Source of the DNA: Bacteroidota bacterium
GTDB lineage: Bacteria; Bacteroidota; Bacteroidia; Chitinophagales; JADIYW01
Reading direction: 5' to 3'
DNA length: 64,000 nucleotides
NCBI GenBank assembly: GCA_020436225.1
Contig: JAGQYE010000086.1
Span: 4,410 to 68,409 of the forward strand
The position numbers and the translations under genes are program-made. This document shows positions 50,771 to 60,563 of the stretch, piece by piece. The stretch's first letter is position 1. Every line of letters starts with the position of its first letter. A model generated the notes under the pieces. The model was given only the letters and a program-made list of their open reading frames with translations, was not told the origin of the DNA and made no database searches.

Positions 50771-52746
50771 TTTAATTGATTTTGATTTTTTGAATAATGA
50801 TATATAATTGAAATTGCATAATGACGTAATGGTTGTGCATACGAGCGAATTGATTCATAAGCTGTATTGGTTATATTATTTATTTTAAATAAAAATTGAA
50901 GTGTATGTTGGTGTTGAATTGTTGCCTTAAAGTTGATATATACATCTAATAAATGATATGGTTTAAGTGCATAGATTTCTATATTTTCTTCATCAGTATA
51001 ACGTTTAGACATGGTTGTATAATTAGCACCAATGCCAATATATTTTTGTTCAATATAAAAATTGATTTTCAGTGCATGTTGTGGATTATAACGTAAAAAA
51101 TTTCCATTAATCGAATTGTTAGTTTCGTCTTTTAAAATTAATGCACGATTGAAATCGTAAATGATATTGTATGAAAACAAGAAATTTTGTGCTTGTTTTA
51201 TACTTTGTTGAAGGTTAAAAGTTGCGCCATAAAGCTGAGTGGTTTTTATATTTTTTGGCGACCAGAGCGCACCATAACTCGGAATCCAAATAATATTATT
51301 GTTTATTTTTGAATAGTAAACATCAACACCGAAAGCCAATTTATTTTCCCATATTTTTTCTTGTCTTTTTCTTGATGAAGTAAAAATTCCTGTTTGTTCC
51401 ATGTTTGCCGTCCAACCTGTTTCTGGTGCAAGATTTGGATTTCCACCAGGTATCCAATATCTATCATTCATATCCGGAAAATGATATTTATCGGCATAAG
51501 TAAATTGTACAGTATAATTTATTTTTTTGCCTGTATTAAATGCTGCACTTACGTAAAGTTGCGGTCGCAAATACTTAAATGAAGCAATTGGTTGATTAAT
51601 TTCAAAAGCAGTTTTAAAAAAACGATATTGCCAATTTAATTCAGCATAAACATTGCCTGTATGTTCAATAATTTTTTTTCCATATTCTTTTACACTGGCA
51701 ACATTCAAATTATAGGTATAGCCGGTTTTCAAAGTAAGATGATATGCGAAAGAATCTGAATAATTTAATGCGTTAGAAAATCTATTAGAAATATATTTTG
51801 AATCAATAAACAAAAAAGTATCTGTTGGCAAACGCTTATCTGTATATTTCATATAATCGTATGCATGAGAAAATGAGAAATCCAAAATATTTTCTTTGAA
51901 TTGTTTTTTATAATTCAAGAAAGATTTTACCGATGCATCTTTTTGATATTTGCTGCTTACTTCATTCGTGCCCATAATAGATGGAATTTCTTTATCCTTC
52001 TTGATGTACCAATTTCCGAATGAAAGTTGTTGTTGTTTTTTTAATTGGATATAAATCGAATTAATAGCACTCCAAGCATTAAGTTGATTATGTTTTATAG
52101 TATCTATTGGATGAGAAAATTTATAAACATCGAGATATGGATAATTCAATTTTCCAGCTTGTTGGATAAGTGAAGAATGCCATTGAACTTTATTATTTCC
52201 AGTTCTTATTCCTAAATTATTTTCAAACGATGAAAAATTTTTGAAATTACTTCTATAATAAACATCCAATTTATTTTCAAAATCCGGATTGGATTGAATA
52301 GATAAATTTCCACCAAAATTGCTGGTATTCTTATCTAAAATAATAGCATCTTTTCCATTTAATAAAGCAGGAATCAAAGATAAATCTGCACCTCCTAATG
52401 TCAACGAATTGACATATATACCATTCCAAGTAACACTTGTATGGTCATCATTGCCGCCACGAACAGAAATGGAAGATAAGTTTCCAATTCCATAAGAGTT
52501 TATTTGAACAGGAAAAAAATGTTGTAATAAGGAAGCAATTCCATCTTGATTAATTGCATTGTTTAATTCATTTGACTTTATTTTATTAAGATTGTCTGTC
52601 TGTGCGAAATAGTGAATCGGCTTTTCTACAATTAAAATACTATCTAATTGATGTGCTGATGAATCGATTTTTTGCTGCGCATAAACAACATTAGACATCC
52701 ATAAAAATGAAATAAAAACAAACGTAAATTCTTTTAATCTCTTCAT
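50767..52746 (-). CDS. btuB: TonB-dependent receptor, BtuB-like (cobalamin-riboswitch controlled)
   Basis: Signal peptide; plug motifs (SISVRGG, TWNGIYVN); 22-strand-size beta region. The cobalamin riboswitch lies directly upstream. Confidence 0.7.
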   Translation of the reverse strand: MKRLKEFTFVFISFLWMSNVVYAQQKIDSSAHQLDSILIVEKPIHYFAQTDNLNKIKSNELNNAINQDGIASLLQHFFPVQINSYGIGNLSSISVRGGNDDHTSVTWNGIYVNSLTLGGADLSLIPALLNGKDAIILDKNTSNFGGNLSIQSNPDFENKLDVYYRSNFKNFSSFENNLGIRTGNNKVQWHSSLIQQAGKLNYPYLDVYKFSHPIDTIKHNQLNAWSAINSIYIQLKKQQQLSFGNWYIKKDKEIPSIMGTNEVSSKYQKDASVKSFLNYKKQFKENILDFSFSHAYDYMKYTDKRLPTDTFLFIDSKYISNRFSNALNYSDSFAYHLTLKTGYTYNLNVASVKEYGKKIIEHTGNVYAELNWQYRFFKTAFEINQPIASFKYLRPQLYVSAAFNTGKKINYTVQFTYADKYHFPDMNDRYWIPGGNPNLAPETGWTANMEQTGIFTSSRKRQEKIWENKLAFGVDVYYSKINNNIIWIPSYGALWSPKNIKTTQLYGATFNLQQSIKQAQNFLFSYNIIYDFNRALILKDETNNSINGNFLRYNPQHALKINFYIEQKYIGIGANYTTMSKRYTDEENIEIYALKPYHLLDVYINFKATIQHQHTLQFLFKINNITNTAYESIRSYAQPLRHYAISIIYHYSKNQNQLK

Positions 52747-52788
52747 ATCAATAAATGTTTCCTCAGAACATTTTCTTTATTTATGAAA

Positions 52789-52967
52789 ATTGGCAGGTCT
52801 TCTGACTTACACTTTACTGAAACCTTCCCGTTATTTTCAAACAGTGGTTGTAGCGTTCAGTGCCGATTAATTAAAAACTATTATTCGGCGTGCTTACAGC
52901 AACTGGGATTGTACAAGACTTTCACTTGTTTCCCTTTTAATTTCGGAAAAAACCGAAAACCAAATCT
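52789..52967 (-). promoter_or_regulatory. cobalamin (B12) riboswitch
   Basis: The minus-strand RNA contains AGGGAA, GUGAAA, GCUGUAA, CCACUG...GGGAAGG and the B12 box AGUCAGAAGACCUGCC. P1 candidate UUGG/CCAA. A hairpin at 52753-52773 sits 6 nt before the AUG. Confidence 0.88.
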
Positions 52968-53070
52968 TCGATGCAATATTACAATTTAATTTTTACAACT
53001 GCTGTTGAATAATGTAAACTTAAAATGGATTCAATTGTATCCAAGCACAAAAATCAATTCTGTTCATCTA

Positions 53071-53871
53071 TTATTTTTGTAAAAGAGCTGCTTTTTTCAT
53101 TTCTGCAGCTTGCTCTTCTCCTAAATATTTTTCAATCCAATCGTGGACAATATATATTACAGGAGTAAGTACAATGGCGACTATAAACTTATAAATGTAA
53201 TTTCCTATACAAATAGACATAACCAAAGCAAATGGCCAAGCTTTTCCGTTTGCATCGCTAATATATTTTGGATATAAATAGAAAGCAATCATCAACACCA
53301 CAAAGCTGTCTATAAATTGAGAAACAATCGTTGAACCTGTGGCACGTAACCAAATCATTTTTTCGCCACTCCATTTTTTTATTTTCTGAAATATTATTAC
53401 ATCAACAATTTGTCCAAGCATAAATGCAATTAGAGAACCCAAAATAATGGCAATACCTTGTCCGAAAATTTGTGCAAATGCCGATTGCATATTGTTTACA
53501 CCTTGTTCCATTTTCGAAGCTGGCCACCAATCTGCCGGCACTAAATGGATAGCAAAATAGTACATCAAAAATGCATAAGCCAACAGTGAAACTGTTAAAT
53601 ATGATAGAAACTGAACGCCTTGTTTTCCGTAATATTCATTAATTATATCAGTCATAATAAATACAACAGGCCAAAGTAAAACACCGGTTGTTAAGCTGAA
53701 TGAAAAATCATTTCCGAATAAAGGAATTTTAAAAGGTTCTATTCCTAAAGTACGTTCTAAAGAGAAAATTTTGACACCAATTACTTCAGCAATAAACGCA
53801 TTGGCAATGAAGAATCCACCTAAAAGAATAAATAATTTTGTGGATTTATTATTAATGATGTTTTGAATCAT
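53071..53871 (-). CDS. yhhQ: queuosine-precursor transporter (YhhQ/DUF165 family)
   Basis: 266 aa, polytopic; VLLWPVVFIMTDIINEYYGK and SQFIDSFVV motifs. Confidence 0.8.
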   Translation of the reverse strand: MIQNIINNKSTKLFILLGGFFIANAFIAEVIGVKIFSLERTLGIEPFKIPLFGNDFSFSLTTGVLLWPVVFIMTDIINEYYGKQGVQFLSYLTVSLLAYAFLMYYFAIHLVPADWWPASKMEQGVNNMQSAFAQIFGQGIAIILGSLIAFMLGQIVDVIIFQKIKKWSGEKMIWLRATGSTIVSQFIDSFVVLMIAFYLYPKYISDANGKAWPFALVMSICIGNYIYKFIVAIVLTPVIYIVHDWIEKYLGEEQAAEMKKAALLQK

Positions 53872-53950
53872 ATATGATAAATATTAGTTCCTGAAAATCC
53901 AAAAGTAACCATTACTTAGGATTTCCAATTATTTTTGAAAATAATTTTTG

Positions 53951-53958
53951 TATTTTTG
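53951..53958 (+). promoter_or_regulatory. TAnnTTTG -7 box
   Basis: TATTTTTG ends 14 nt before ATG 53973. Confidence 0.45.
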
Positions 53959-53972
53959 TGTAAATCTCCAAC

Positions 53973-55448
53973 ATGAAAAAGATTACTTTTTTAATATTAT
54001 TATGCTTGTCAGTTTTTGTTATTCAAGCTCAAGAAATAATAAATAGATGTGCTTTAGATGAGATAAATCTACAAACTTTACAAAACAACCCTGAAATTGC
54101 TGAATCTTTTAGAGCACAAGTTCAAAATAGAATTCAAGGAGTTGCTTATGACAGTTCTATTGCCAATACCGATACAACCTACACCATTCAGGTAGTGGTA
54201 CATGTGGTGTATTTGAATGATAATAAATACGAAAATATTCCGGACAATATTATCCAATCAGAAATTGATGCTTTAAATAGAGATTATAATTTATTAAATG
54301 AAGACACCATCAATTTGCGTCCGTTTTTTATTCCGTTTAGAGGCAACGCTAAAATTAAATTTGAGTTAGCTAAAACAGCTCCGAACGGCGCTCCTACTAA
54401 CGGAATTACAAGAACACTAGGGAAATTGGGCAACTTGAGCGGTTGGGATCCACTTAGTACAATTTTATGGACAGCTTTAGGCATCGAACCATTAAAGGAA
54501 GACTTTTTCTTATTAACAGGCTCAACCGGGAAATCTCCTTGGCCTGCTAAAAATTACTTAAATATATATGTTTGTGATTTGAACTATGCCAATAGAAAAT
54601 GTAAAACTTGTTTGACATTATGCGATACTTGCGGTGCTTTAGGTGGTTTTGCTTATCCTCCATCTAATGCTATAAACTGGGGTGCTTTGGCATTAGACCA
54701 TGGTAAAAATGACGGCATTGTTATCGACTTCCGCTTTTTTGGTGAAAATAATTGGTATGCTCAAGATTCTACTTCACAACGCTTTAGAGATTTTTATTCA
54801 AAAGGTAGAACAACCGTACACGAAGTTGGACACTATTTAGGGTTACAACATTCTTGGGGAAATGTTTTGCCTTTGCCAGGATTTGATAATGGCTGTGAAA
54901 TCGACGATTTTATGGATGATACGCCGGAAGAAGAACAAGCATTTGCTAATAACTTAGTACATGGTACTTTAAACCCATGTGATACTTCTGTTAATACATG
55001 TAATAAAAATTATTTAGGTAGAGATTGGCCGGATATGTATGAAGATTATATGGATTATTCCACCGATTTATGCTATAATTTATTTACCAAACAACAAGTC
55101 AACATAATGCGTTATAATTTGCTTACAAGAAGAAGTGGAATTATTACAAAAAGAGAATTAACGCCATCAACTACAACAGCCATTCGACCAACATCTTTTG
55201 AGAAAGTTGGCATCTCTATATTTCCAAATCCAGTGAAAGATGAGTTAGTTCTTCAAAGCAGAATTAAAAATTCTAACGACTTACAATTACAAATTTCTGA
55301 TATAAACGGAAAAGTTCTAATTCAAGACAAAATAGGCAAAAATATAAATGAACATCATGTAGATATGTCTAAATTGGCTGCTGGATTATACTTAATACGT
55401 TTGTCTAATAAAGAATTTACCGCAACTGAAAAGGTAGTAAAACAATAA
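53973..55448 (+). CDS. secreted zinc metalloprotease, M43 (pappalysin/cytophagalysin-like) with T9SS sorting domain
   Basis: HEVGHYLGLQH zinc site; signal peptide; C-terminal ISIFPNPVKDELVL...GLYLIRLSNKEFTATEKVVKQ. Confidence 0.85.
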   Translation: MKKITFLILLCLSVFVIQAQEIINRCALDEINLQTLQNNPEIAESFRAQVQNRIQGVAYDSSIANTDTTYTIQVVVHVVYLNDNKYENIPDNIIQSEIDALNRDYNLLNEDTINLRPFFIPFRGNAKIKFELAKTAPNGAPTNGITRTLGKLGNLSGWDPLSTILWTALGIEPLKEDFFLLTGSTGKSPWPAKNYLNIYVCDLNYANRKCKTCLTLCDTCGALGGFAYPPSNAINWGALALDHGKNDGIVIDFRFFGENNWYAQDSTSQRFRDFYSKGRTTVHEVGHYLGLQHSWGNVLPLPGFDNGCEIDDFMDDTPEEEQAFANNLVHGTLNPCDTSVNTCNKNYLGRDWPDMYEDYMDYSTDLCYNLFTKQQVNIMRYNLLTRRSGIITKRELTPSTTTAIRPTSFEKVGISIFPNPVKDELVLQSRIKNSNDLQLQISDINGKVLIQDKIGKNINEHHVDMSKLAAGLYLIRLSNKEFTATEKVVKQ

Positions 55449-55491
55449 ATTCATAGTCATATTAATAACAATACTTTAAGTATTTGTGGAT

Positions 55492-55523
55492 AAGTCAATA
55501 GCGTATTGACTTTAATCTTTATT
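55492..55523 (+). terminator. possible terminator after the protease gene
   Basis: AAGTCAATA-GCG-TATTGACTT followed by TAATCTTTATT (weak T-run). Confidence 0.4.
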
Positions 55524-55578
55524 AGTTGTAACTTCGTATCATGCGTAAATATCATTTTTTGCTTTTTAAAAATAATAT

Positions 55579-57354
55579 ATGATAAAAATCTACACTCATT
55601 TTTTATTTCTTGGTATTCTTTTGGTTCAATGTTTATCTTCATTTGCCCAAAATGAATTTTACAATAATGGAGCTTTAGTTACCTTAAATCAAGGAAGTGG
55701 CGATGCCGAACCTGTTTTATATGTTAATGGAAATCTTACTAATAGTGATGGACTCCTAAATAATTCCAATAGTTTCCTTCAAATAAATTCAGGAAATTTT
55801 GCAAATAACGTCAGCACTTATTATTATCAATCTACAGGAAAAGAAGTGTTTTCCGGCACTACAGACAATACCATTAGTGGAACTTGGAATGGCACAGCTC
55901 TAAACCGCAACCAATTTTATAATCTTAAAGTAAGTAAAGCAAGTGCAACCGGCGAAAATCTTATTTTAGGTTCGCTTACCGGAAATGTAGCCAATATCAA
56001 TGCTGAAGGAACATTGGAGTTTACCGGTTCTAACGGAATTATCAGAACACAAACTACTTCGGCAGGTTCGCCATATAGCGGAAATTATACCAATGAACTT
56101 TATGTAAGAAACCCTTCAGCATCAGCAATAATTGGAAACAGTACAGGAAGTGGCGCTACAACTAAATATATAGAAGGAAAACTACGACGACAAGTAAACG
56201 GAACAGATACATATTTCTTTCCTATTGGTGTAGCCAAAGCAGGCTTAGATGGTATGGAAGCCTTTTCTATAAAAATGAATAGTCTTTCCGTTTCCGGTAG
56301 CACAACTGGATTATTAGGCTATATACAACCAGCCGGAACACCAAGTATAAATTCTGACTTAATTAGCAACGGTGGCATCTTATTTTATGATATAGGATAT
56401 TTTGTAGGTTCAAATAATAATTTCTCACAATGTGTTGGTGGCCCGGATGGACACGATGATGTTGCTGTCATCAACCAAGCTATTACACACGAATGGATAG
56501 TAACTCCAAATGTTACGCCAACAAGCGTGAACTATAACCTTACCGTTTATCCGGGAAGCAATTTAGACAATATAACCTATGCGGCCATGGGCACACCTTG
56601 CGATGATGTTTATTCACAAGCAAAATATTTGGCGAGAGATGGTCGAATTGGTGGAAATACTGCTGTAGGACCAACAGTCAATTACTGGGTTCCGGGTGTT
56701 TATGGCTTATACCAATCTCCTACAGGAAATACAATAAGTAGTCAAAATGGTTTCTCTAGATTTAGATTATTTGGTGCTACAGACAATAATACATCTCTTC
56801 CTATTGAATTATCGAGTTTTACGATTACGCCTGTAAATAATGAATATTTTGAGCTTAATTGGCAAACTGCATCAGAATTAAACAACGCCGGATTTTATTT
56901 ACAGAGGAGTACCGACGGATTTAATTTTGAAGATATAGGTTGGGTTGCAGGAAATAGAACCAGCAACACCATAAATAAATACAGTTTTAACGATAAAAAT
57001 GTAGAAGCTAATATTGGCTATTACTATAGATTGAAACAAATTGATTTAGACAATTCGTTTAATTATTCTAATGTTTTATTCGGTAAATTAATTGGCAATA
57101 AATTTGACGTCTTAAATATTTATCCAAATCCGGCTTCTATTAACCCGACAGTTACTGTATTTTCTCCCAATGATGATATTGTAGAAACAACCATTATGGA
57201 TGTTTTAGGCAGGAAGATTAAAACTCAATCTACCAAATTAATAAAAGGCAATAATAGCTTTGATTTACAAACAGAAGATTTAGCTTCTGCTACCTATCTA
57301 ATTAGATTCCAATCTAATAACACAACTGTAACGAAGAAATTTGTAAAAAAATAA
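55579..57354 (+). CDS. secreted protein with T9SS C-terminal sorting domain, function unknown
   Basis: Signal peptide ...SSFAQ. C-terminal NIYPNPASINPTVTVF...ATYLIRFQSNNTTVTKKFVKK. Confidence 0.75.
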   Translation: MIKIYTHFLFLGILLVQCLSSFAQNEFYNNGALVTLNQGSGDAEPVLYVNGNLTNSDGLLNNSNSFLQINSGNFANNVSTYYYQSTGKEVFSGTTDNTISGTWNGTALNRNQFYNLKVSKASATGENLILGSLTGNVANINAEGTLEFTGSNGIIRTQTTSAGSPYSGNYTNELYVRNPSASAIIGNSTGSGATTKYIEGKLRRQVNGTDTYFFPIGVAKAGLDGMEAFSIKMNSLSVSGSTTGLLGYIQPAGTPSINSDLISNGGILFYDIGYFVGSNNNFSQCVGGPDGHDDVAVINQAITHEWIVTPNVTPTSVNYNLTVYPGSNLDNITYAAMGTPCDDVYSQAKYLARDGRIGGNTAVGPTVNYWVPGVYGLYQSPTGNTISSQNGFSRFRLFGATDNNTSLPIELSSFTITPVNNEYFELNWQTASELNNAGFYLQRSTDGFNFEDIGWVAGNRTSNTINKYSFNDKNVEANIGYYYRLKQIDLDNSFNYSNVLFGKLIGNKFDVLNIYPNPASINPTVTVFSPNDDIVETTIMDVLGRKIKTQSTKLIKGNNSFDLQTEDLASATYLIRFQSNNTTVTKKFVKK

Positions 57355-57364
57355 AAATAATCTG

Positions 57365-58879
57365 ATGAGTAAATTTACTTTAATAGTAGCATTTTTGTTG
57401 GTACTAAGTTTTGCCAATGCACAAACAGGAAATGTTGGTATCGGAACGTCAACTCCAGATGCCAGCACTATACTGGATATTAAATCGACAAATAAAGGCT
57501 TATTAATTCCAAGAGTGGCACTTACTAGTACTACAGATGCTACAACAATTGCATCTCCTGAAGTTTCTTTATTGGTTTATAATACTGCTACACTTGGCAC
57601 TTACCCTAACAATGTTGTTCCGGGTTATTATTATAATTCCGGAACTAAAGCATCTCCTAAATGGACTAGAGTTGCCAACCAAAATACAGCTTGGCAAACT
57701 AATGGAAATACGGGAACAACCAATACTGATTATAATGACAATTCTGCCCAAACTAATGATTTTATGGGTACTACTGATAACCAACCGGTATCTATATACA
57801 CAAATTCAAAAGACAACTATAATAAAACAGACATAAAATTATATAATACTACTAATGCAAGTAATGTTGTAGAGACTCCAACGGACATCTTCCACATTAG
57901 AAAAAATGGAAGAACTGGTATCGCTTATCCTGAAATCGTATCTTTTGCATTAGGAAAATATGCCGCTGGTATTCAATCAAAAACAGAGCTCGGAATTCGT
58001 TTAGGTGATGGAAGTACAACAACTGCCGATAAAACAATTATGACATTAAGAGGCGACGGAACAGTTGGTATAGGAACAACAACACCTGCAGAAATGTTAT
58101 CAATAAATGGTACAGCATCTATCACCAGCAATAATACATTAGAGTTTGGAAAAAGTGTTTCTGGTAAAGAATTTAATGCCGGGAAAATCGGCTATCAAAC
58201 GTTTACAACCGGTGCCTTAGATATAGTAGGTGCAGGAACATCAGGATCAAATAGAATAGTGAAAGTTTGGGATAATTTAGTAACTGCATCAAATGTAATA
58301 TCCGGAAAAGGAATTGTATCCGGAAATATTCAAACAAAAACCGGACCTGGAACAGGTTCAGATAATACATGGCATACAGTTGAATTAGATGCCAATTATG
58401 GTGCAATATCCATTTCTGCGTATGCAACCGGCTCCTATTTAGATGGAGATATTAAAATGCAAGGGGTTGAAATTTCCCCACTATTAAGTACTACATCAGG
58501 CTGGTATTCTTCAAATGGAAACTCTTGGGGTTCTAATTCTACTACTAAAGATGCAAGCTCCGGTACTACTTGTGATGGCTGTTCACATCAAGTATATTGT
58601 CCTAATGATTACATAGCTACAGGTTGGCAAGCTTATGCTAATAGCCAATTAGATTATTATTTAAAATTAAGATGTACAAAATTAGATGATGCTTATGCTA
58701 CTGTAGAAAGTGGTGCGGGAGAAGAATCAGTGCAAAGTTTTCCAAGAAGTACAAGCGATAATATTACACACGTAAGTGTATGTCCAACAGGAACTTTTAT
58801 AAAAGGATTATATATATATACTAATTCGTATTTAGATGGTTACCTAACCGTTTACTGTACAGGTATTAAGAAAAAATAA
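57365..58879 (+). CDS. secreted fibre/lectin-like protein, paralog 1 (GNVGIGT module, duplicated 6-Cys tip)
   Basis: Signal peptide ...ANAQ, then TGNVGIGTSTPDASTILDIKSTNKGLLIPRV...LLVYNT...YYYNSGTKASPKW. Internal GDGTVGIGTTTPAEMLSING. The C-terminal Cys-rich unit is duplicated. Confidence 0.7.
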   Translation: MSKFTLIVAFLLVLSFANAQTGNVGIGTSTPDASTILDIKSTNKGLLIPRVALTSTTDATTIASPEVSLLVYNTATLGTYPNNVVPGYYYNSGTKASPKWTRVANQNTAWQTNGNTGTTNTDYNDNSAQTNDFMGTTDNQPVSIYTNSKDNYNKTDIKLYNTTNASNVVETPTDIFHIRKNGRTGIAYPEIVSFALGKYAAGIQSKTELGIRLGDGSTTTADKTIMTLRGDGTVGIGTTTPAEMLSINGTASITSNNTLEFGKSVSGKEFNAGKIGYQTFTTGALDIVGAGTSGSNRIVKVWDNLVTASNVISGKGIVSGNIQTKTGPGTGSDNTWHTVELDANYGAISISAYATGSYLDGDIKMQGVEISPLLSTTSGWYSSNGNSWGSNSTTKDASSGTTCDGCSHQVYCPNDYIATGWQAYANSQLDYYLKLRCTKLDDAYATVESGAGEESVQSFPRSTSDNITHVSVCPTGTFIKGLYIYTNSYLDGYLTVYCTGIKKK

Positions 58880-58896
58880 TAAATTAAAATTATATT

Positions 58897-60534
58897 ATGA
58901 AAAATATATTAATGATAATTTTGTCTTTTCCAACAATGTTCTGTTTGGCACAAACAGGCAATGTTGGAATTGGTACAGCTACACCAAACGCAAGTGCCAT
59001 ATTAGACGTAACATCAACCAATAAAGGAATATTAGCTCCACGTGTTTCTATAGGAGATGTTTCAGTTTTTGGTTTATCAGGAGATACGAAATCCGCTGGT
59101 ATGATTGTGTATAATACCAATACCGGAACTATAGGTGGTTATGGTACTGGATTTTATTATTGGGATGGAAGCAAATGGCAAAAAATTGTAAATGGTTCTC
59201 CAATAAGAGCACAAAATGCAATAAATCTAAATACGACTACGCCTAATGCATCTGCACAATATCCTTATGTTGAATTAGGTGGCGCCTTAATTCGTCCAAC
59301 AACAATATCTGGATTATCATCTACAAATAAATTGAGTTTTACAGGAAGTGGTGTAGATGCCTTTAATGTAGATGGAACAACATTTTCTGTTGATGCTACA
59401 AATAACAGAGTTGGTATTGGTACTGCAACGCCAAGCGCACTATTACATATTAATGTTCCTGCTAACTCAAATAATAATCCTGATGGAAATGGAATATATG
59501 TTTACAATGCAGGAAATAGCGGAGATAATGACGATGCAATTATTACAGCAAGGGTTAATGGTTCCAGTGCAGGTGATCCATTTATTGCATTAGATATTGA
59601 TGGCGTACAAGGCTGGTCTATGGGCGTTGATAATAGTGATGGAGATAAATTAAAATTTGCTAATGCTTGGAGTGACCCAGGCACCAATACTCGAATGACC
59701 ATTCAACCTGATGGTAATGTTGGAATTGGCACAACCACTCCAAGTTATAAATTAAGTGTAAATGGAACTATTGAATCACAAGATTTTACAGGTGCTGGTG
59801 GAAAAAATATACTAATTGGTGATGATGCTTTTCTTTCTGATGTTGATGAAGCTCATACTATTGCCTTAATTAGTAATTCAACTGCTACTTTAGGCAAATT
59901 AAGATTAGGAAGTAATAGCTCAAGTTATATATATGGCAACAATGGCAATTTAGGACTTAAAACAACAACAACAACGCAAGATGTAAATATTGGTGGTAGA
60001 ATGTATATTAGTGATGGTGTTATTCAACGTGGCGGTTCAGCTATTACTGGTACTTCCGATTTAGGTTTATATTCGAGAGTTTCCGGAAACTATATACGAA
60101 TTGTAACAAATGGTGGCGAAGTTAATTTTTATTCTGATGACAATACAGGAAGCAGTGTCAATGTATCTATTTTATCAAATGGAAAATTAGAAGCTAGAAA
60201 AGGATTTTCTACTGAGCGACAAATTAGATTTTATAAAAGAAGTAGAAACAATGGAGGTGGTGGTGTTGATAATTTAGGAAATTATGATTTTTGTTATTTA
60301 GCCGGTGTTGCATTTAGAAATACTGATAGTAATGTTGATGAAGATGATGATTATCAATGTAATGTATATTCGTTAGATATTAATGGAAATGCCGATTATG
60401 ATGAACAAGAATCTACCGACTACACAACTAATTTCGGATACTCTAGTCGCCCTTATTGGAGAATGTACTCTGAATGTTATGCAGATTGTTCAAATTCAAC
60501 GTGTACTGCTATTTGTATAAATTTTGATTACTAA
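58897..60534 (+). CDS. secreted fibre/lectin-like protein, paralog 2 (same N-module, different acidic 6-Cys tip)
   Basis: Signal peptide ...CLAQ, then TGNVGIGTATPNASAILDVTSTNKGILAPRV...MIVYNT...FYYWDGSKW. Two further internal GIGT(A/T)TP motifs. Confidence 0.7.
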   Translation: MKNILMIILSFPTMFCLAQTGNVGIGTATPNASAILDVTSTNKGILAPRVSIGDVSVFGLSGDTKSAGMIVYNTNTGTIGGYGTGFYYWDGSKWQKIVNGSPIRAQNAINLNTTTPNASAQYPYVELGGALIRPTTISGLSSTNKLSFTGSGVDAFNVDGTTFSVDATNNRVGIGTATPSALLHINVPANSNNNPDGNGIYVYNAGNSGDNDDAIITARVNGSSAGDPFIALDIDGVQGWSMGVDNSDGDKLKFANAWSDPGTNTRMTIQPDGNVGIGTTTPSYKLSVNGTIESQDFTGAGGKNILIGDDAFLSDVDEAHTIALISNSTATLGKLRLGSNSSSYIYGNNGNLGLKTTTTTQDVNIGGRMYISDGVIQRGGSAITGTSDLGLYSRVSGNYIRIVTNGGEVNFYSDDNTGSSVNVSILSNGKLEARKGFSTERQIRFYKRSRNNGGGGVDNLGNYDFCYLAGVAFRNTDSNVDEDDDYQCNVYSLDINGNADYDEQESTDYTTNFGYSSRPYWRMYSECYADCSNSTCTAICINFDY

Positions 60535-60563
60535 TTTTTTTCATTTATTATTTCTAACCAGAA

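Noticed and set aside
52783-52989. 68-aa plus-strand ORF in the track
   Set aside because: It lies exactly antisense to the cobalamin riboswitch leader of the minus-strand receptor operon. The conserved B12-box elements explain the sequence, and the ORF has no coding features.
58890-59120. Antisense ORFs (58890-59120 and 62532-62783) that are conserved between the two paralog copies
   Set aside because: Their conservation is a by-product of the near-identical sense-strand repeat. The sense frames carry signal peptides and match paralog 1 at the protein level, where no equivalent antisense ORF exists.
57365-60534. Tail-fibre-like motifs as evidence for a prophage
   Set aside because: No capsid, portal, terminase, tape-measure, baseplate, lysis or integrase genes occur anywhere in the window. 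The flanking genes are T9SS cargo and housekeeping, so this is treated as a chromosomal family instead.
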